DNA of 28,946 nt from the IMG/VR virus record IMGVR_UViG_2617270968_000004. One strand, given 5' to 3'. Position 1 is the first letter of the stretch. Every line of letters starts with the position of its first letter. This stretch comes from a virus. Taxonomy: Duplodnaviria; Heunggongvirae; Uroviricota; Caudoviricetes. Positions 26,987 through 28,946 of the stretch are shown here, piece by piece. Under the pieces are notes generated by a model that did no database searches, had not been told where the DNA came from, and saw nothing but the letters and a program-made list of their open reading frames with translations. A program made the translations under genes and the position numbers.

Positions 26987-27423
26987 GTTTTATCTCCAGC
27001 CTGTGCTAAGGCTTCAACTTCCAAATCGTAAGACTCAAACTCATAGTCCTGGTCGTCAACTTCTTCAGGCACTGGCAGTAAATGCCAGGCTGAGTATATC
27101 TGACCATTATCAAAACGCTCCTGGCTGTAGAGCGTCGCGGCTATGAGTGTTAGCGCCGGGCGGTCATAACGGTAAATTTTGCGAACGTCACGGTCAACGA
27201 GACGACCGAAATTACCATAACCGCGCTCCAGTAATAATTTTTTAATTTCCGGCCAGTATGGACCATAGCTGCGGTACAGGCGGGGGTTTTTCAGTAATCG
27301 CCCGCGTAGCCCTGACAGGAAGAAATCAACGTATTCGTCTTCTGTTTTTCCTAACAACGCTGTACGGAGTACCGCCTCAAGATATGTTTTATTCGGTTTT
27401 ATTGTATCAGATAGTGTGACCAT
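26983..27423 (-). CDS. Hypothetical protein (146 aa)
   Basis: ORF preceded on the minus strand by a stable GCGCCCGG-TTCG-CCGGGCG hairpin (27424..27445). Confidence 0.45.
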   Translation of the reverse strand: MVTLSDTIKPNKTYLEAVLRTALLGKTEDEYVDFFLSGLRGRLLKNPRLYRSYGPYWPEIKKLLLERGYGNFGRLVDRDVRKIYRYDRPALTLIAATLYSQERFDNGQIYSAWHLLPVPEEVDDQDYEFESYDLEVEALAQAGDKT

Positions 27424-27456
27424 ATTATGCGACGCCCGGCGAACCGGGCGCTCCTG

Positions 27457-27621
27457 TTATGCGTATTGTTGGATGACGGCCAGAACGTCCGCCACGTTGT
27501 GTTTTGTCTCGATAATCCACCAGTTGCCCGGGAAATCGCTGTTCTTCGCCTTCGCTGGCAGCCAGCGAGCGCCGAATTTTTCCTTGATTGCGTCTTTAGC
27601 ACGGAAAAGAACGCCTTTCAT
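27457..27621 (-). CDS. Hypothetical small protein (54 aa)
   Basis: ATG 27621 (minus) with strong SD AGGAGG 8 nt upstream; the longer track ORF 27457..27747 extends into the IS911 end and is unlikely to be real. Confidence 0.4.
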   Translation of the reverse strand: MKGVLFRAKDAIKEKFGARWLPAKAKNSDFPGNWWIIETKHNVADVLAVIQQYA

Positions 27622-27674
27622 GCCGGACGCCTCCTGAAGCCCAAATACCTCACCAGCTGCGAATTTTGGTGCGT

Positions 27675-28008
27675 TGAAGTGGCACACTGAATTTGGCCAC
27701 CTGAACAGAGGTGATATGCTCACCTCAGAACAACACAGGTGCTCCAATGAAAAAAAGAAATTTTAGCGCAGAGTTTAAACGCGAATCCGCTCAACTGGTT
27801 GTTGACCAGAAATACACGGTGGCAGATGCCGCCAAAGCTATGGATGTTGGCCTTTCCACAATGACAAGATGGGTCAAACAACTGCGTGATGAGCGTCAGG
27901 GAAAAACACAAAAAGCCTCTCCGATAACACCAGAACAAATCGAAATACGTAAGCTGAGGAAAAAGCTACAACGCATTGAAATGGAGAATGAAATATTAAA
28001 AAAGGCTA
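27675..28008 (+). mobile_element. IS911 (IS3 family) left end, interrupted by IS30
   Basis: Terminus TGAAGTGGCACACTGAATTTGGCCACC from 27675; orfA follows and is cut after ...ENEILKKAT. Confidence 0.8.
27747..28008 (+). pseudogene. insN: IS911 OrfA (InsN-like), truncated by IS30 insertion
   Basis: [52 protein letters not shown]... then diverges into IS30 end sequence. Confidence 0.8.
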
Positions 28009-28946
28009 CGGTAGATTCAATTGGTCAACGCAACAGTTATGTGAAAACATGGGGTTGCGGAGTTTTTTTGAATGAGACGAACATTTACAGCAGAGGAAAA
28101 AGCCTCTGTTTTTGAACTATGGAAGAACGGAACTGGCTTCAGTGAAATAGCGAATATCCTGGGTTCAAAACCCGATCTTCACTATGTTTAAGGGATACTG
28201 GCGGCATAAAACCCCCATGAGCGTAAGCGGGCTGTAGCTCACCTGACACTGTCTGAGCGCGAGGAGATACGAGCTGGTTTGTCAGCCAAAATGAGCATTC
28301 GTGCGATAGCTACTGCGCTGAATCGCAGTCCTTCGACGATCTCACGTGAAGTTCAGCGTAATCGGGGCAGCCGCTATTACAAAGCTGTTGATGCTAATAA
28401 CCGAGCCAACAGAATGGCGAAAAGGCCAAAACCGTGCTTACTGGATCAAAATTTACCATTGCGAAAGCTTGTTCTGGAAAAGCTGGAGATGAAATGGTCT
28501 CCAGAGCAAATATCAGGATGGTTAAGGCGAACAAAACCCTTTGTCATGCAGCTCCACCGATTTTGAGAACGACAGCGACTTCCGTCCCAGCCGTGCCAGG
28601 TGCTGCCTCAGATTCAGGTTATGCCGCTCAATGCGACGGTCGCATAGCCTTCGCCATGGCAGGCGTCATACCCGCAAAGGCGAAAGAGGTACGATTAACA
28701 TAGTGAACGGAACACCAATTCACGAACGTTCCCGAAATATCGATAACAGACGCTCTCTGGGGCATTGGGAGGGCGATTTAGTCTCAGGTACAAAAAACTC
28801 TCATATAGCCACACTTGTAGACCGAAAATCACGTTATACGATCATCCTTAGACTCAGGGGCAAAGATTCTGTCTCAGTAAATCAGGCTCTTACCGACAAA
28901 TTCCTGAGTTTACCGTCAGAACTCAGAAAATCACTGACATGGGACA
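28009..28946 (+). mobile_element. IS30 copy (partial; runs off window end)
   Basis: IS30 end GTAGATTCAATTGGTCAACGCAACAG..., then transposase coding sequence [34 protein letters not shown]... Confidence 0.8.
28071..28946 (+). pseudogene. insI: IS30 transposase (InsI-like) with frame disruptions
   Basis: Frame from ATG 28071 stops at about 28188; homology resumes in other frames (LRDTGGIK, HERKRAVAHLTLSEREEIRAGLSAKMSIRAIA..., later GERGTINIVNGTPIHERSRNIDNRRSLGHWEGDLVSG...), implying several indels and a divergent stretch around 28550..28650. Confidence 0.65.

Noticed and set aside
27457-27747. Full-length 96-aa ORF as given in the track
   Set aside because: Its 5' 73 bp are IS911 terminal sequence; the internal ATG at 27621 with an AGGAGG SD is the plausible start, so a 54-aa gene was annotated instead.
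1-28946. CRISPR arrays, tRNA or rRNA genes
   Set aside because: No regularly spaced direct repeats with unique spacers and no tRNA-like T-arm or acceptor signatures were seen by eye; a tRNAscan or CRISPR-finder run would be needed to be certain.

Overview
This window reads as a segment of a P1-like phage-plasmid (plasmid prophage), flanked and interrupted by mobile elements. Recognisable P1-type landmarks are a perfect 34-bp loxP site followed by cre, then cra-like, ref and mat; the immC pair c1 (283 aa) and coi (69 aa); the phd-doc addiction module (73 and 126 aa); the large terminase pacB (494 aa); and at least ten copies of the 17-bp C1 operator consensus ATTGCTCTAATAAATTT. Between a pap-like HAD phosphatase and phd sits a complete type I restriction-modification operon (hsdM-hsdS-hsdR, EcoR124-like type IC by size and the TAEL repeat in HsdS). 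An icd-ant1/ant2 (immI-type) module with an upstream C1 operator, leader and terminator lies between pacB and c1. A visibly AT-rich EAL-phosphodiesterase/AraC-regulator pair follows mat. The left edge is an IS629 copy split by a group II intron and inserted into a backbone gene; the right edge is IS911 interrupted by an IS30 copy whose transposase frame is broken. No CRISPR array, tRNA or rRNA was seen. Nothing here is clearly a novel system; the most unusual points are the region upstream of pacB (no intact small-terminase ORF, no TGATCA-type pac cluster), the immI module next to immC, and the defence and signalling cargo. All identifications are from reading the sequence and recalled protein families; no database search was run, and comparisons to canonical P1 gene order are from memory.
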